DNA from: Gammaproteobacteria bacterium
Lineage (GTDB): Bacteria > Pseudomonadota > Gammaproteobacteria > Arenicellales > Poriferihabitantaceae
Assembly: GCA_022822625.1 (NCBI GenBank)
Contig: JAJEAV010000080.1
Span: 34,258 to 98,257, forward strand
Length of the DNA stretch: 64,000 bases
Direction of reading: 5' to 3'
Shown: positions 1-9,503 of the stretch, in pieces
Numbering within the stretch: the first letter of the stretch is position 1
How the letters are laid out: every line of letters begins with the position of its first letter
Made by a program: the position numbers and the translations under genes
Notes under the pieces: model-generated
The model's database searches: none
The model's input: the letters and a program-made list of their open reading frames with translations, nothing else
What the model was told of the DNA's origin: nothing

Positions 1-1062
1 AATCTATCTCAGGGTTACCCTGACTTCGAACCGGATTCCGTGTTGATTGACCGGCTTATGTACCATGTCCACTCAGGCAAGAATCAGTATCCACCAATGA
101 CCGGTATCCCGGAATTACGGCAGGTGATATCCGGTAAACTGAAGAAACACAGCGATATCGATGTGGACTTTGATAGCGAAATCACCATTACCAGTGGTGC
201 AACCGAGGCCCTGTTTTGCGCAATTTCCTCGGTGGTACATCCAGGCGATAAAGTGATTGTATTTGATCCATCTTACGACTCCTATGGTCCGGCAGTTACT
301 CTTGCGGGCGGTGAGATGATTCACATACCCATGACCTTGCCGGATTACCGAATTGACTGGGAAGTATTGAAGGGACATCTGGATGACTCGGTGCGTATGA
401 TCATCATCAATTCTCCCAGTAACCCAAGCAGCAGTGTTCTTCATCCACATGACCTGGATTTTCTGGCAGAAATCATTCGTCCGTATCAGTGCGCCGTGTT
501 GAGTGACGAAGTCTACGAACATATTATTTTTGATGGAGTACCGCATGCCAGCGTACTGACCCATCCAGAATTACGTAGTCGATCATTTGCGGTTTTCTCG
601 TTTGGCAAGACCTATCATGTAACAGGCTGGAAGATCGGTTACTGTGTCGCACCGGCCGAAATGACTCGGGAATTTCGCAAAATACATCAGTTCAATGTAT
701 TTACGACTCCGACTCCCATGCAATGGGCGTTGGCCGATTTTCTGGAATCCAGTCCCCGGAACTATCTTGAATTGCCGAATTTTTATCAGACCAAACGGGA
801 TTTGTTTCGATCACTGATTGCTTCCTCCAGATTTGAGTTGTTGCCATGTGCTGGAACCTATTTCCAGCTCGCCGATTACAGCCAGATCTCCGATCAAGGG
901 GATGTGGACTTTGCTGCATGGATGACCCAGGAGAAGAAAGTGGCCGTGATTCCATTGACGCCGTTTTACCGACAGGCACCGGATACCAGGATTGTGCGAT
1001 TCTGTTTTGCCAAACAGGATGAGACCCTGGTGGAAGCCGCCGAAATCATTAATGCGATATAG
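1..1062 (+). CDS. Class I/II PLP aminotransferase (YbdL / glutamine-transaminase-K-like); 5' end cut by the window edge
   Basis: The frame is open from nt 1 and translates NLSQGYPDF upstream of the track's Met, a typical N-terminal motif of this family. SFGKTYHVTGWKIGY contains the PLP-lysine context. The length matches. Confidence 0.85.
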   Translation, partial: NLSQGYPDFEPDSVLIDRLMYHVHSGKNQYPPMTGIPELRQVISGKLKKHSDIDVDFDSEITITSGATEALFCAISSVVHPGDKVIVFDPSYDSYGPAVTLAGGEMIHIPMTLPDYRIDWEVLKGHLDDSVRMIIINSPSNPSSSVLHPHDLDFLAEIIRPYQCAVLSDEVYEHIIFDGVPHASVLTHPELRSRSFAVFSFGKTYHVTGWKIGYCVAPAEMTREFRKIHQFNVFTTPTPMQWALADFLESSPRNYLELPNFYQTKRDLFRSLIASSRFELLPCAGTYFQLADYSQISDQGDVDFAAWMTQEKKVAVIPLTPFYRQAPDTRIVRFCFAKQDETLVEAAEIINAI

Positions 1063-1076
1063 GGTGAAATCATACG

Positions 1077-1865
1077 ATGGGCAATCTCAGGGTATCAGTC
1101 GTTCAGTGTGACCTGGTCTGGCAGGATCCAGCGGCGAACTGCAAGAGAATCGCACAGCAACTCGATGCGATTGACCAGACGGACCTGGTTGTCCTGCCAG
1201 AGTTCTTCAGCACCGGCTTCTACCCGGACCCTGAAGCAAGGTATGAGACCATGGAAAGCGATACGGTGCTCTGGATGACCGAGATGGCAAGGTCTCTGGA
1301 TGCGGTTGTGACTGGCAGTGTGGTGATGCAGGTCAAGGACAAGGGTGTTCCGATTTATCTGAACCGAATGCTGTGGGCTAGCCCGGACGGCACTTTGGAC
1401 TGGTATGACAAGCGGCATTTATTTCGTTACGGTCGAGAACACCTTTCCTATACGGCAGGTGATGAGCGAAAAGTCATGCAGCTTGATGGATGGTCGATCG
1501 CCTTGTTTGTCTGCTACGATGTTCGATTCCCGGTCTGGTGTCGTAATCGGTCCGATTATGACGTAGCCCTCTATGTGGCAAACTGGCCACATGCCAGACA
1601 GTATGCATGGGATACTCTGGTGCGAGCAAGGGCTATCGAAAACCAGAGTTATGTGCTGGCAGTCAACCGGGTAGGAAAAAACCCCGAAGGTGAGGAATTT
1701 CGAGGAGGCAGTGCGATTATCGACCCGCTGGGCAAACCGCTGGTCTCATGCGAACAATTGGAAATGATTCAAACTGCGATGCTGTCCATGTCTGCTCTAC
1801 AGGATATTCGGGCAGATTTTCCTGCGGCTATGGATCAGGATAATTTCACCATTATTGACGGTTGA
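1077..1865 (+). CDS. Nitrilase-superfamily C-N hydrolase, omega-amidase (YafV-like)
   Basis: Glu-Lys-Cys triad contexts are present: VVLPEFF, YDKRHLF and LFVCYDVRFP. The product is 262 aa and the gene starts 14 nt after the aminotransferase. Confidence 0.85.
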   Translation: MGNLRVSVVQCDLVWQDPAANCKRIAQQLDAIDQTDLVVLPEFFSTGFYPDPEARYETMESDTVLWMTEMARSLDAVVTGSVVMQVKDKGVPIYLNRMLWASPDGTLDWYDKRHLFRYGREHLSYTAGDERKVMQLDGWSIALFVCYDVRFPVWCRNRSDYDVALYVANWPHARQYAWDTLVRARAIENQSYVLAVNRVGKNPEGEEFRGGSAIIDPLGKPLVSCEQLEMIQTAMLSMSALQDIRADFPAAMDQDNFTIIDG

Positions 1866-1867
1866 GC

Positions 1868-3193
1868 ATGGGGATGACCAGAGATATTGCCCAGTTCGCG
1901 ATTGGCACTTCCGAGGATGAAATTTCGCAACAGGCCCTTGCGGTTATGGCTTTATCACTCATGGACTGGTTCGCCGTGGCAATTGCGGGAAAAGAACAAC
2001 CCGCCACTCGAATTGTGTCCCGCATCATTCAGGAAGAAGGAGGCGCTGCACAATCCAGCATACTGGGAAGTTCCACAAAATATCCAGCCCGGGCAGCAGC
2101 ATTGGTCAATGGGGTTTCCTCTCATGCGCTGGATTATGATGATACGCATTTTGCCTATGTCGGGCACCCGAGTACCGTGATTGTTCCGGCAGTACTGGCC
2201 CTTGCCGAGCATCATGAGTGTACGGGCCAGAAGTTTCTGGATGCTGCCCTGATTGGTGCAGAATCTGCCTGCCTTATCGGAACCTGGCTGGGCAGGAGAC
2301 ACTATCAGGCAGGGTTCCATCAGACGGCTACTGCTGGTTGTTTGGGGTCCACTTTAGCGTGCGCCCGTCTACTCGAACTTGATCTGGAGCAAACTCAACA
2401 TGCCTTGGGAATTGCTTCAACACGGGCAACAGGTCTCAAGTCACAGTTCGGAACCATGGGCAAACCCTATAATGCGGGGGTGGCGGCAGCGAATGCTGTT
2501 GAAAGTGTATTGCTGGCAGGGTATGGGTTCTCTTCAGCAGGGAATGCCCTGGAATGTGAGCAGGGGTTTTCGGCAACCCATGCTGGAGAGGAACATCAGC
2601 TGGGAGATCTCTCGGAACGTTTCAGGAACAACTGCCTGTTTGAATCGGTACAGCACAAATTCCATAGTTGCTGTCATGGGATACATGCATCGCTTGAGGC
2701 ATTCGCTCAAATCATGGATGACTGTCGTTTCAGCCATGAGGAAATCAAGAGGGTATCCGTGTCAGTCAATCCTCGCTGGATGAAGGTTTGCGATATCAAG
2801 CATCCACAAACCGGCCTGGAAGCAAAATTCAGTTATCGCTTTGCTCTTGCAATGCTGGCCTTGGGTATCGATACGGCAGCACCTGCAAGCTTTGCTGATG
2901 AAGTGTGTCAATCCACGGAACTGGGCGAATTTGCAGACAGAGTTCAGGTTGAGCCGGATGCAGGGCATCCTGATACCGCAACTACGGTGACGATTGAGAC
3001 CCATTCGGGTTCGATTCACAATCAGTATCACGATCTCGAAAACCTGCCTGATCTCGCAATACGCACCAGAAAAGTTCGGGCAAAGGCTGAATCTCTGATT
3101 GGAGAGACCGTCGTACGGCAAATCTGGGACTCTATTCAGGCGTTGCCATACACCGGTATTGATCAGTTCATGCAAGATGCAAATTGCTTCTGA
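1868..3193 (+). CDS. MmgE/PrpD-family protein (2-methylcitrate dehydratase-like)
   Basis: Size is ~440 aa, with the HALDYDDTH motif and overall PrpD-like composition. The track start at 1862 is TTG and overlaps the upstream stop, so the ATG at 1868 is preferred. Confidence 0.75.
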   Translation: MGMTRDIAQFAIGTSEDEISQQALAVMALSLMDWFAVAIAGKEQPATRIVSRIIQEEGGAAQSSILGSSTKYPARAAALVNGVSSHALDYDDTHFAYVGHPSTVIVPAVLALAEHHECTGQKFLDAALIGAESACLIGTWLGRRHYQAGFHQTATAGCLGSTLACARLLELDLEQTQHALGIASTRATGLKSQFGTMGKPYNAGVAAANAVESVLLAGYGFSSAGNALECEQGFSATHAGEEHQLGDLSERFRNNCLFESVQHKFHSCCHGIHASLEAFAQIMDDCRFSHEEIKRVSVSVNPRWMKVCDIKHPQTGLEAKFSYRFALAMLALGIDTAAPASFADEVCQSTELGEFADRVQVEPDAGHPDTATTVTIETHSGSIHNQYHDLENLPDLAIRTRKVRAKAESLIGETVVRQIWDSIQALPYTGIDQFMQDANCF

Positions 3194-3211
3194 TCAAACA
3201 GAATCAAGGGC

Positions 3212-5023
3212 ATGGCTCCGGTCAGTACGGTAACTTCCGATAAAAGTGGCGATTGGCGTTTTGCCAAAAAGCTGCTTCCCTATCTAGTTGAGCGCTGGCA
3301 ACGGGTTGCAATTGCTCTTGTCCTGTTGATTCTTGCCCGATTGGCGAATGTTTCGATCCCTCTCATCCTCAAACAGATTGTTGACCATCTCGGAGAAATT
3401 CAGGTCACGCTGGCTATCCCTCTGGTGCTTCTTCTCGGCTACGGGCTGTTCCAGTTTGCTTCAACATTGTTTACCGAGCTCAGAAATGCGGTATTTCATC
3501 GAATTGGTATCGATATCGTCTGCAAAATCTCGTCCAGGGTATTCTCTCATTTGCACCAACTGTCCTTGAAGTTCCATCTGGAACGCAAGATGGGCGCAAT
3601 GTTTCGGGACATTGACCGAGGCAATCAGGCAATTTCGCGATTCCTGAATATGGTTGTGTTCAGCATTGCCCCGGTGGTGCTGGAAATGACGCTGGTGATC
3701 GGAATCCTATGGAATCAGCTTGGAATTCAATATGCATTGCTTATCATTATCGTGGTAATCATTTACGTAATCTATACATTGCGGATTACCAGCTGGCGTA
3801 GAAGGTTTCAGATACGAATGAACGAACAGGATTCCAGTGCCGGAACCCGACTTCTGGATTCATTGATGAATTTCGAGACCGTCAAAGTGTTTGGCAACGA
3901 GGGTCGGGAGCTGGATCGCTATGACCGGTCCATGCGAAAATGGGGCCAGGCTTCCTACCAGAATAATCTGTCTCTCTCGCTTCTGAATGTCGGTCAGGGC
4001 CTGATAATTGCGATTGGGTTGGCGGTACTGATGGTGATGGCTGCAACTGGAGTTCGTAATGAAACACTGACAGTTGGAGACTTTGTCATGCTGCATGCTT
4101 TTCTGCTGCAGCTGTATGTTCCCCTCAATGTTCTGGGTACCGTCTATCGAGAGTTGAACCATTCCCTGATTGACATGGGGCGAATGTTTCAATTGCTGGA
4201 TGAGGAAATCGAAATCAAGGACAAGCCGAATGCCGATCTGCTTAGAATCACTGTGGGAGATGTTGAATTCAGGAATGTTGACTTCAGTTATTCCCCGGGC
4301 CAGAAGACACTGAGCGACATTTGTCTGCGAATTCCCGGAGGCCGGCAACTGGCGATTGTCGGCCCATCCGGGGCTGGTAAGTCGACTCTCGCTAGATTGT
4401 TGCTCAGGTTTTATGAACCGCAGCGTGGGCAGATTCTGATTGATGGTCAGGATATTCGAGATGTTCGTTCAGGCAGTCTACGCGAGGTGATCGGCATCGT
4501 GCCGCAGGATACTGTTCTGTTCAACGATACCATTGGCTATAACATCGGCTATGGTGATCCGGATGCCGGGAGGGAGGCGATTGAAGAGGCGGCGCGGATT
4601 GCCCAGATACATGATTTTGTTCTACAGCACCCGGAGCGATATGAAGCTCTTGTTGGTGAGCGTGGCTTGAAGTTGTCTGGCGGTGAAAAGCAGCGCGTGG
4701 CGATTGCGAGAACTGCCTTGAAAAAAGCCAGAATCCTGATTTTTGACGAGGCGACCTCATCGCTTGACAGTCGTGCAGAGAATGCCATTGTGGAAGCGAT
4801 GGACCGGGTTTCGCAAGATGCTACAACATTGATTATCGCCCACCGACTCTCGACAGTGGTTGAGGCTGACGAAATTCTGGTGCTGGATAATGGTCAGATT
4901 GTGGAACGGGGGGCACACGAAGTACTGTTAAGTCAACGGGGGTTGTATGCCCAGATGTGGGAACTTCAACAGAAAAACAAGTCTGGGATTGATCCATGCG
5001 ATGCCATGGGTCAGACAAAATAA
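3212..5023 (+). CDS. ABC exporter, fused permease/ATPase (ABCB / ATM1-HMT1-like)
   Basis: An N-terminal six-TM-type region is followed by Walker A GPSGAGKST, signature LSGGEKQRVAIAR and Walker B ILIFDEATS. Confidence 0.9.
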   Translation: MAPVSTVTSDKSGDWRFAKKLLPYLVERWQRVAIALVLLILARLANVSIPLILKQIVDHLGEIQVTLAIPLVLLLGYGLFQFASTLFTELRNAVFHRIGIDIVCKISSRVFSHLHQLSLKFHLERKMGAMFRDIDRGNQAISRFLNMVVFSIAPVVLEMTLVIGILWNQLGIQYALLIIIVVIIYVIYTLRITSWRRRFQIRMNEQDSSAGTRLLDSLMNFETVKVFGNEGRELDRYDRSMRKWGQASYQNNLSLSLLNVGQGLIIAIGLAVLMVMAATGVRNETLTVGDFVMLHAFLLQLYVPLNVLGTVYRELNHSLIDMGRMFQLLDEEIEIKDKPNADLLRITVGDVEFRNVDFSYSPGQKTLSDICLRIPGGRQLAIVGPSGAGKSTLARLLLRFYEPQRGQILIDGQDIRDVRSGSLREVIGIVPQDTVLFNDTIGYNIGYGDPDAGREAIEEAARIAQIHDFVLQHPERYEALVGERGLKLSGGEKQRVAIARTALKKARILIFDEATSSLDSRAENAIVEAMDRVSQDATTLIIAHRLSTVVEADEILVLDNGQIVERGAHEVLLSQRGLYAQMWELQQKNKSGIDPCDAMGQTK

Positions 5024-5043
5024 CCAATGAGGGGAAATCATTG

Positions 5044-6039
5044 ATGAAAGCAATATGGTATGAAAAGCCTGGCAAGGCCAGTGAAGTTTTAAAGTATGGC
5101 GAGCAGCAGAAACCTGCGCCTCGTCCCGGTGAAGTTCTGGTTCGAGTCGAATACTCGGCAGTGCACCCTTCGGATGTGAAAAAGCGTGCTGGATTACAGC
5201 CCGCCGGGTTTGAAGATGGTTTTGTGATTCCACACAGTGATGGTTCCGGTACCATTGAGGATGTTGGAACAGGTGTTGAAGATCGCCGTGGAGAAAGGGT
5301 CTGGCTGTACCAGGCCCAGTATGGTCGACATTGTGGCTCCTGTGCCGAATACATTACAGTACCATCCGGGATGGCACCAAGACTGCCAGACAATGCGGAC
5401 TTTTCAATAGGGGCCTGTATCGGAATACCTGTCATGACCGCGTATCGGTGCGTACATGTGGCCGGCAATCCCGCTGACAGGGTTGTTCTGGTGACGGGAG
5501 CTTCTGGTCGGGTCGGGTTTTACGCCGTACAATGGGCCAAACTTGCCAACGCCAGAGTCATTGCAACGGCGGGAACGGTTGAAAATTGCCAAGTAGCTCT
5601 TGATGCAGGTGCTGATTGGGTGCTGAATTACCGGGAAGGTGATCTCGCACAGCGTATTTTCGAGTGTGCCGGGTCGGGAGGGGTTGATCACATCGTAGAT
5701 GTCGAGTTCGGACAAAATGCAAGAGTCAGCGCTGAAGTCCTGAATAACTGCGGTACTATCGCTACTTACTCTTCATCAAGGGATCCTGAACCGCTGATTC
5801 CCTTCTATCCGATGATGTTCAAGAATGTCTCCGTGCATACGGTTTTGGTCTATAACATGCCGGATGTGGCCAAGCAGCAGGCAATCAATGCGGTGAATGA
5901 TGCGTTTTCAGGAAGGAAGTTGAAGCACCGTATATCAGCGGTTTTTCATCTTGCGGAGACCGCAAAGGCACACGAATTGATTGAGAGCGGTGCTGCTGCC
6001 GGCTGCGTATTGATCCGGACGTCGGGAGAGCCGGATTGA
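5044..6039 (+). CDS. Medium-chain dehydrogenase/reductase, NADPH:quinone oxidoreductase-like
   Basis: MKAIWYEKPG... with GEVLVRV and the nucleotide fold VLVTGASGRVGFYAVQWAK. The start was moved to the ATG at 5044, which follows a GAGGGG-like RBS; the track start at 4996 overlaps the ABC gene. Confidence 0.85.
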   Translation: MKAIWYEKPGKASEVLKYGEQQKPAPRPGEVLVRVEYSAVHPSDVKKRAGLQPAGFEDGFVIPHSDGSGTIEDVGTGVEDRRGERVWLYQAQYGRHCGSCAEYITVPSGMAPRLPDNADFSIGACIGIPVMTAYRCVHVAGNPADRVVLVTGASGRVGFYAVQWAKLANARVIATAGTVENCQVALDAGADWVLNYREGDLAQRIFECAGSGGVDHIVDVEFGQNARVSAEVLNNCGTIATYSSSRDPEPLIPFYPMMFKNVSVHTVLVYNMPDVAKQQAINAVNDAFSGRKLKHRISAVFHLAETAKAHELIESGAAAGCVLIRTSGEPD

Positions 6040-6046
6040 CCGTACA

Positions 6047-6802
6047 TTAACAGGGAATATCAGGGTAAGCGGCCGAGCGGGTGCCTGTAAGTGGATTATT
6101 GTTGATATCCCGGTATGTGAACACCAGCGATAGTTTGAGTGTATCGCCATGATTCCGGCTGGCGGCATGCAGGGTCCTACTGTGAAAAAACAGTACATCA
6201 CCACATTCGAGATTGGCATTGATGGCAGTATCAATTACTCCCCTGTTTTCATTCAGGTCTTCACGAAAGAACAGTGCACCATCGAATCTACCCCTGTCAA
6301 AACTCAGTCGGTGTGATCCGGGAATCAGGCGCATGCCACCATTGGTCTGGTTTTCGTTACCAAGGGCTAGCCACACGTTGACCAGATCAGGTTTGTCAAA
6401 TAGCCAATAGCGAATGTCTTGATGCCATTTGGTGGAACTGCTGAAGCCAGGGTGTTTGGTCATCAGGCAGTTATGGTGGTTTTGGGAGAGAGCGATTTGT
6501 TTGCAGTCAAGGAGACTGCGTACTCGATCGGTGACCTGTTTGCTTGTTGCCCACTTACGGAAGATCCTGTCTCGGGTATATGCATTCAGCAGACGACGTG
6601 GGGTATTGCCCCCAAGTGATTGACGGTCATGTGGGGAACCCGGATACTGGACATCGGTTTCGTACTCAACCGGAGCGAGCAATGGGTCCATGGATGCCAA
6701 GGCGATCTTTCGAATGGATTCGCATAATGGTGCAGACCCAAGGCTGGGAACGATGATGAAGCCATCTTCGTGAAACTTTGCAATCGATTCTTGATCGAAC
6801 AT
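6047..6802 (-). CDS. Phytanoyl-CoA dioxygenase (PhyH) family Fe(II)/2-oxoglutarate oxygenase
   Basis: The HxD context WHQDIRYW and the distal His FFHSRTLHAA are present. Size is 251 aa. Confidence 0.75.
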   Translation of the reverse strand: MFDQESIAKFHEDGFIIVPSLGSAPLCESIRKIALASMDPLLAPVEYETDVQYPGSPHDRQSLGGNTPRRLLNAYTRDRIFRKWATSKQVTDRVRSLLDCKQIALSQNHHNCLMTKHPGFSSSTKWHQDIRYWLFDKPDLVNVWLALGNENQTNGGMRLIPGSHRLSFDRGRFDGALFFREDLNENRGVIDTAINANLECGDVLFFHSRTLHAASRNHGDTLKLSLVFTYRDINNNPLTGTRSAAYPDIPC

Positions 6803-6817
6803 AGTGAGCCAGGCTAA

Positions 6818-6894
6818 TGGTCGGGGTGAGAGGATTTGAACCTCCGGCCCCTGCCTCCCGAAGGCAGTGCTCTACCAGGCTGAGCTACACCCCG
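6818..6894 (-). tRNA. tRNA-Pro (anticodon CGG)
   Basis: The reverse complement is CGGGGTGTAGCTCAGCCTGGTAGAGCACTGCCTTCGGGAGGCAGGGGCCGGAGGTTCAAATCCTCTCACCCCGACCA. It folds by eye into a cloverleaf with a 7-bp acceptor, anticodon loop TTCGGGA, TTCAAAT T-loop and encoded CCA. Confidence 0.95.
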
Positions 6895-7308
6895 ATATCG
6901 GTAGAAACCATGTATTGTACTTGCCGGGGCCGAGCGGGTGAAGAGTCTAAAGAAAATTGATAACTTCCTGAACCCTGGAACAGTGACGAGTAAAACTCCT
7001 TCCTTTTGCCTGATTTAGGGGATGAGTTAAATCAAATTGCCAGGACAATGCTGCAGGTGACTGCAGACCATGAAGTCATCAACTGGGGCACGCGATGCCG
7101 GCTGTTCGCTATTTGTGAAGCCTTGATGAACTGGGCATGTTCTGCCATCGTGAAGTGATGTCTGCCCATCGAGCCATGGGCAAGATTGATGGCATTGACT
7201 GTAAATATCCGAGATACCGGTTATCCGGCCATCAGTGGACCTGGATTTGCCATACGGTAGTGAGTCCAGACTCACATCTTGCAAAGGAAGTAAATAAAGG
7301 AATATGCC

Positions 7309-7545
7309 ATGATCAAGGAAACAGAAAAGAAGAAGTTTCGACCTGGCGAGATCGTCAAAACAATGCAAGGCCAAGGATTTAAGCGGTTTAATATGCATCA
7401 TCATACTCAATTATGGAAGAGAAAAGATGCAAAAAATCAGGCTTGTGGATTCGGTGTTTTAGTAGTGGACCAATGGTATTGGTATGAACGATGGGTATGT
7501 GAAGTAGAGAAACATTGTGAAGCCAATCGAATGGATTACGTATGA
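7309..7545 (+). CDS. Hypothetical small protein (78 aa)
   Basis: An ATG is preceded by AAAGGA at about -9. I recognise no family. Trp/His-rich composition. Confidence 0.3.
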   Translation: MIKETEKKKFRPGEIVKTMQGQGFKRFNMHHHTQLWKRKDAKNQACGFGVLVVDQWYWYERWVCEVEKHCEANRMDYV

Positions 7546-7677
7546 ACGAAAGACAATTAAACAACAAATCAAGAGGATCCTGATTTATTTGTATTTGGTC
7601 TTATCCTGCTTTCAAGGAAACCTCTCGAAAGCAACATGGCGAGTCCTTCATTCCATATCAGAACACTAAATGACCAT

Positions 7678-7938
7678 TCAAGAACCATCTTTTTTATTCT
7701 TGGCTATTGTTGTATATAATTCTCCAATGTAATGCTTGGGGGAATTCCCTGGATCAATGACCGAAGGTCCTTCACCTTGACCAGTGGTGTACGGAATCGT
7801 GACCCATCGCCGGATGTGCATCCGTTGCTTCTGCCAATGGGGCTGACCGGCCAGACAATTCGGGTCGACTGAATTCTTCGTTTGCTGCTTGTTTCTAAAG
7901 TGGGTATGAATCTTGTTGCCCAGGTCATGATAGAACAA
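7678..7938 (-). CDS. Hypothetical protein (86 aa)
   Basis: ORF only. Its start lies 8 nt from the divergent citE-like start. No recognisable motif. Confidence 0.2.
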   Translation of the reverse strand: MFYHDLGNKIHTHFRNKQQTKNSVDPNCLAGQPHWQKQRMHIRRWVTIPYTTGQGEGPSVIDPGNSPKHYIGELYTTIAKNKKDGS

Positions 7939-7946
7939 CGGTATTC

Positions 7947-8891
7947 ATGAGTTTGCGTGCATCCTCGTCCGTGCCTTTTCGGTTACAGCGCAGTGAGCTT
8001 GTAGTTCCCGGATCCAATCTGGGAATGATTGAGAGTGCTGCGAGAAGTCAAGCGGATTACGTGTTACTGGATTGTGAAGATTCGGTAGTATCGGATAAAA
8101 AAGACCAGGCAAGAAGCAACGTTATCAGTGCCTTGAATGAAATCGACTGGAAGCAGGCGGGCAAGACCGTTTCAGTTCGCATCAACGGGCTGGAGAGCCG
8201 CCATATGTACTGGGATGTGTGCAAGATTATCGAAAAGGCTGGAGACCATATCGATACTTTTCTAATTCCCAAGGTGGGCTCTCCTGAAGATGTTCATGCT
8301 GTTGAGAAATTACTCTCCATTGCTCTACTGGATTCTGGCATAACGCGCAGGGTTGGTTTGGAGTGCCTGATTGAGACGGCATTGGGCCTGGTCAATGTTG
8401 AAGCCATTGCCCGCCTGTCCTGTGCGACTGGGTCGCGTCTTGAAGCCCTACATTTTGGCGTGGCTGACTTCTCAGCAAATTGCCAGTCACGATCTCTGGC
8501 GATTGGAGAAACAGGTCATCTCTGGCATCCAAGTCTGCAACGAATGCTGATTGCATGTCGGGCCTATGGCCTAAGGGCGATTGATGGTCCGTATGGTGAT
8601 TTCAGTGACGCACAAGGATACATCGATATTGCCAAAGGTGCAGTAGCGATGGGGTATGAAGGCAAATGGGCTATCCACCCGGCACAGGTTGATCTTGCGA
8701 ATCAGGTGATGTCTCCAGCCATTGCCGAGATAGAACAAGCCCGCAAGATACTGGATGCTCTGGATCAGGCTCAAGGTTCGGGGCAGGGCGCGGCCTCTCT
8801 GGATGGAAAAATGATTGATGCTGCATCAGGAAAAATGGCCGCAAACATCATAAACAAGAGTCTTGCCATCGCCGAGAAATCTTCCGCATAA
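7947..8891 (+). CDS. HpcH/HpaI aldolase / citrate lyase beta (CitE)-like, malyl-CoA-lyase-type
   Basis: Size is 314 aa, with CitE-like blocks LLDCEDSV, ECLIETALG, HFGVADFS and KWAIHPAQV. Confidence 0.8.
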   Translation: MSLRASSSVPFRLQRSELVVPGSNLGMIESAARSQADYVLLDCEDSVVSDKKDQARSNVISALNEIDWKQAGKTVSVRINGLESRHMYWDVCKIIEKAGDHIDTFLIPKVGSPEDVHAVEKLLSIALLDSGITRRVGLECLIETALGLVNVEAIARLSCATGSRLEALHFGVADFSANCQSRSLAIGETGHLWHPSLQRMLIACRAYGLRAIDGPYGDFSDAQGYIDIAKGAVAMGYEGKWAIHPAQVDLANQVMSPAIAEIEQARKILDALDQAQGSGQGAASLDGKMIDAASGKMAANIINKSLAIAEKSSA

Positions 8892-8897
8892 ATCAAT

Positions 8898-8985
8898 TGG
8901 CGGAGAGTGAGGGATTCGAACCCTCGGACCTGTTACAGTCACCGGTTTTCGAAACCGGCGCATTCGACCACTCTGCCAACTCTCC
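8898..8985 (-). tRNA. tRNA-Ser (anticodon CGA), long variable arm
   Basis: The reverse complement is GGAGAGTTGGCAGAGTGGTCGAATGCGCCGGTTTCGAAAACCGGTGACTGTAACAGGTCCGAGGGTTCGAATCCCTCACTCTCCGCCA. The anticodon loop is TTCGAAA, the variable arm is class II, and CCA is encoded. Confidence 0.95.
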
Positions 8986-9040
8986 ATGGGGCAGATTATA
9001 AATCCATTTCCATGCAGTCCGAATGTTTCCGAGTGAACGG

Positions 9041-9421
9041 TTATAGCATGTCATGCTCTTCAAGAACTTTACGCGCAACCCGGAAACATTCGAGCGACTG
9101 GGGAACGCCACAATAAATTCCGATGACATGAATGATGGCGCGGATTTCTTCCATGCTGACGCCGTTGTTGATTGCCCCTCGGCAATGGATTTCCCACTCA
9201 TGCATTTTGCCTAGAGCCCCGATCATCGCAAGGTTCATCATGGACCGCGTCTTGGGAGCAATTACTTCATCGCCCCAGCCAAATCCCCAGCACCAGGCGG
9301 TCATTGCTTCCTGAAACGATCGGGTTAACTCATCAGCATTATCAAGATTATTTTGTACATATGCATCCCCCAGAGTCTCTTTGCGCTTTGCAAGGCCTTT
9401 GGAAAAAAGATCATCATCCAT
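9041..9421 (-). CDS. Carboxymuconolactone decarboxylase (CMD/PcaC-like) family protein
   Basis: 126 aa, with the typical CMD core ...TRSMMNLAMIGALGKMHEWEIHCRGAINNGVSMEEIRAIIHVIGIYCGVP. Confidence 0.85.
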   Translation of the reverse strand: MDDDLFSKGLAKRKETLGDAYVQNNLDNADELTRSFQEAMTAWCWGFGWGDEVIAPKTRSMMNLAMIGALGKMHEWEIHCRGAINNGVSMEEIRAIIHVIGIYCGVPQSLECFRVARKVLEEHDML

Positions 9422-9503
9422 AGTGAATTACCTTAATTCTGAAATTGTTTGAGGTCTACATTATGCCAGACAATGCGTCGACTGAAGCTGGAATCCGGCA
9501 GTG

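Noticed and set aside
4833-5468. 211-aa minus-strand ORF spanning the ABC/oxidoreductase junction
   Set aside because: It is antisense to two well-supported genes and has Pro/Ser/Thr-rich shadow composition.
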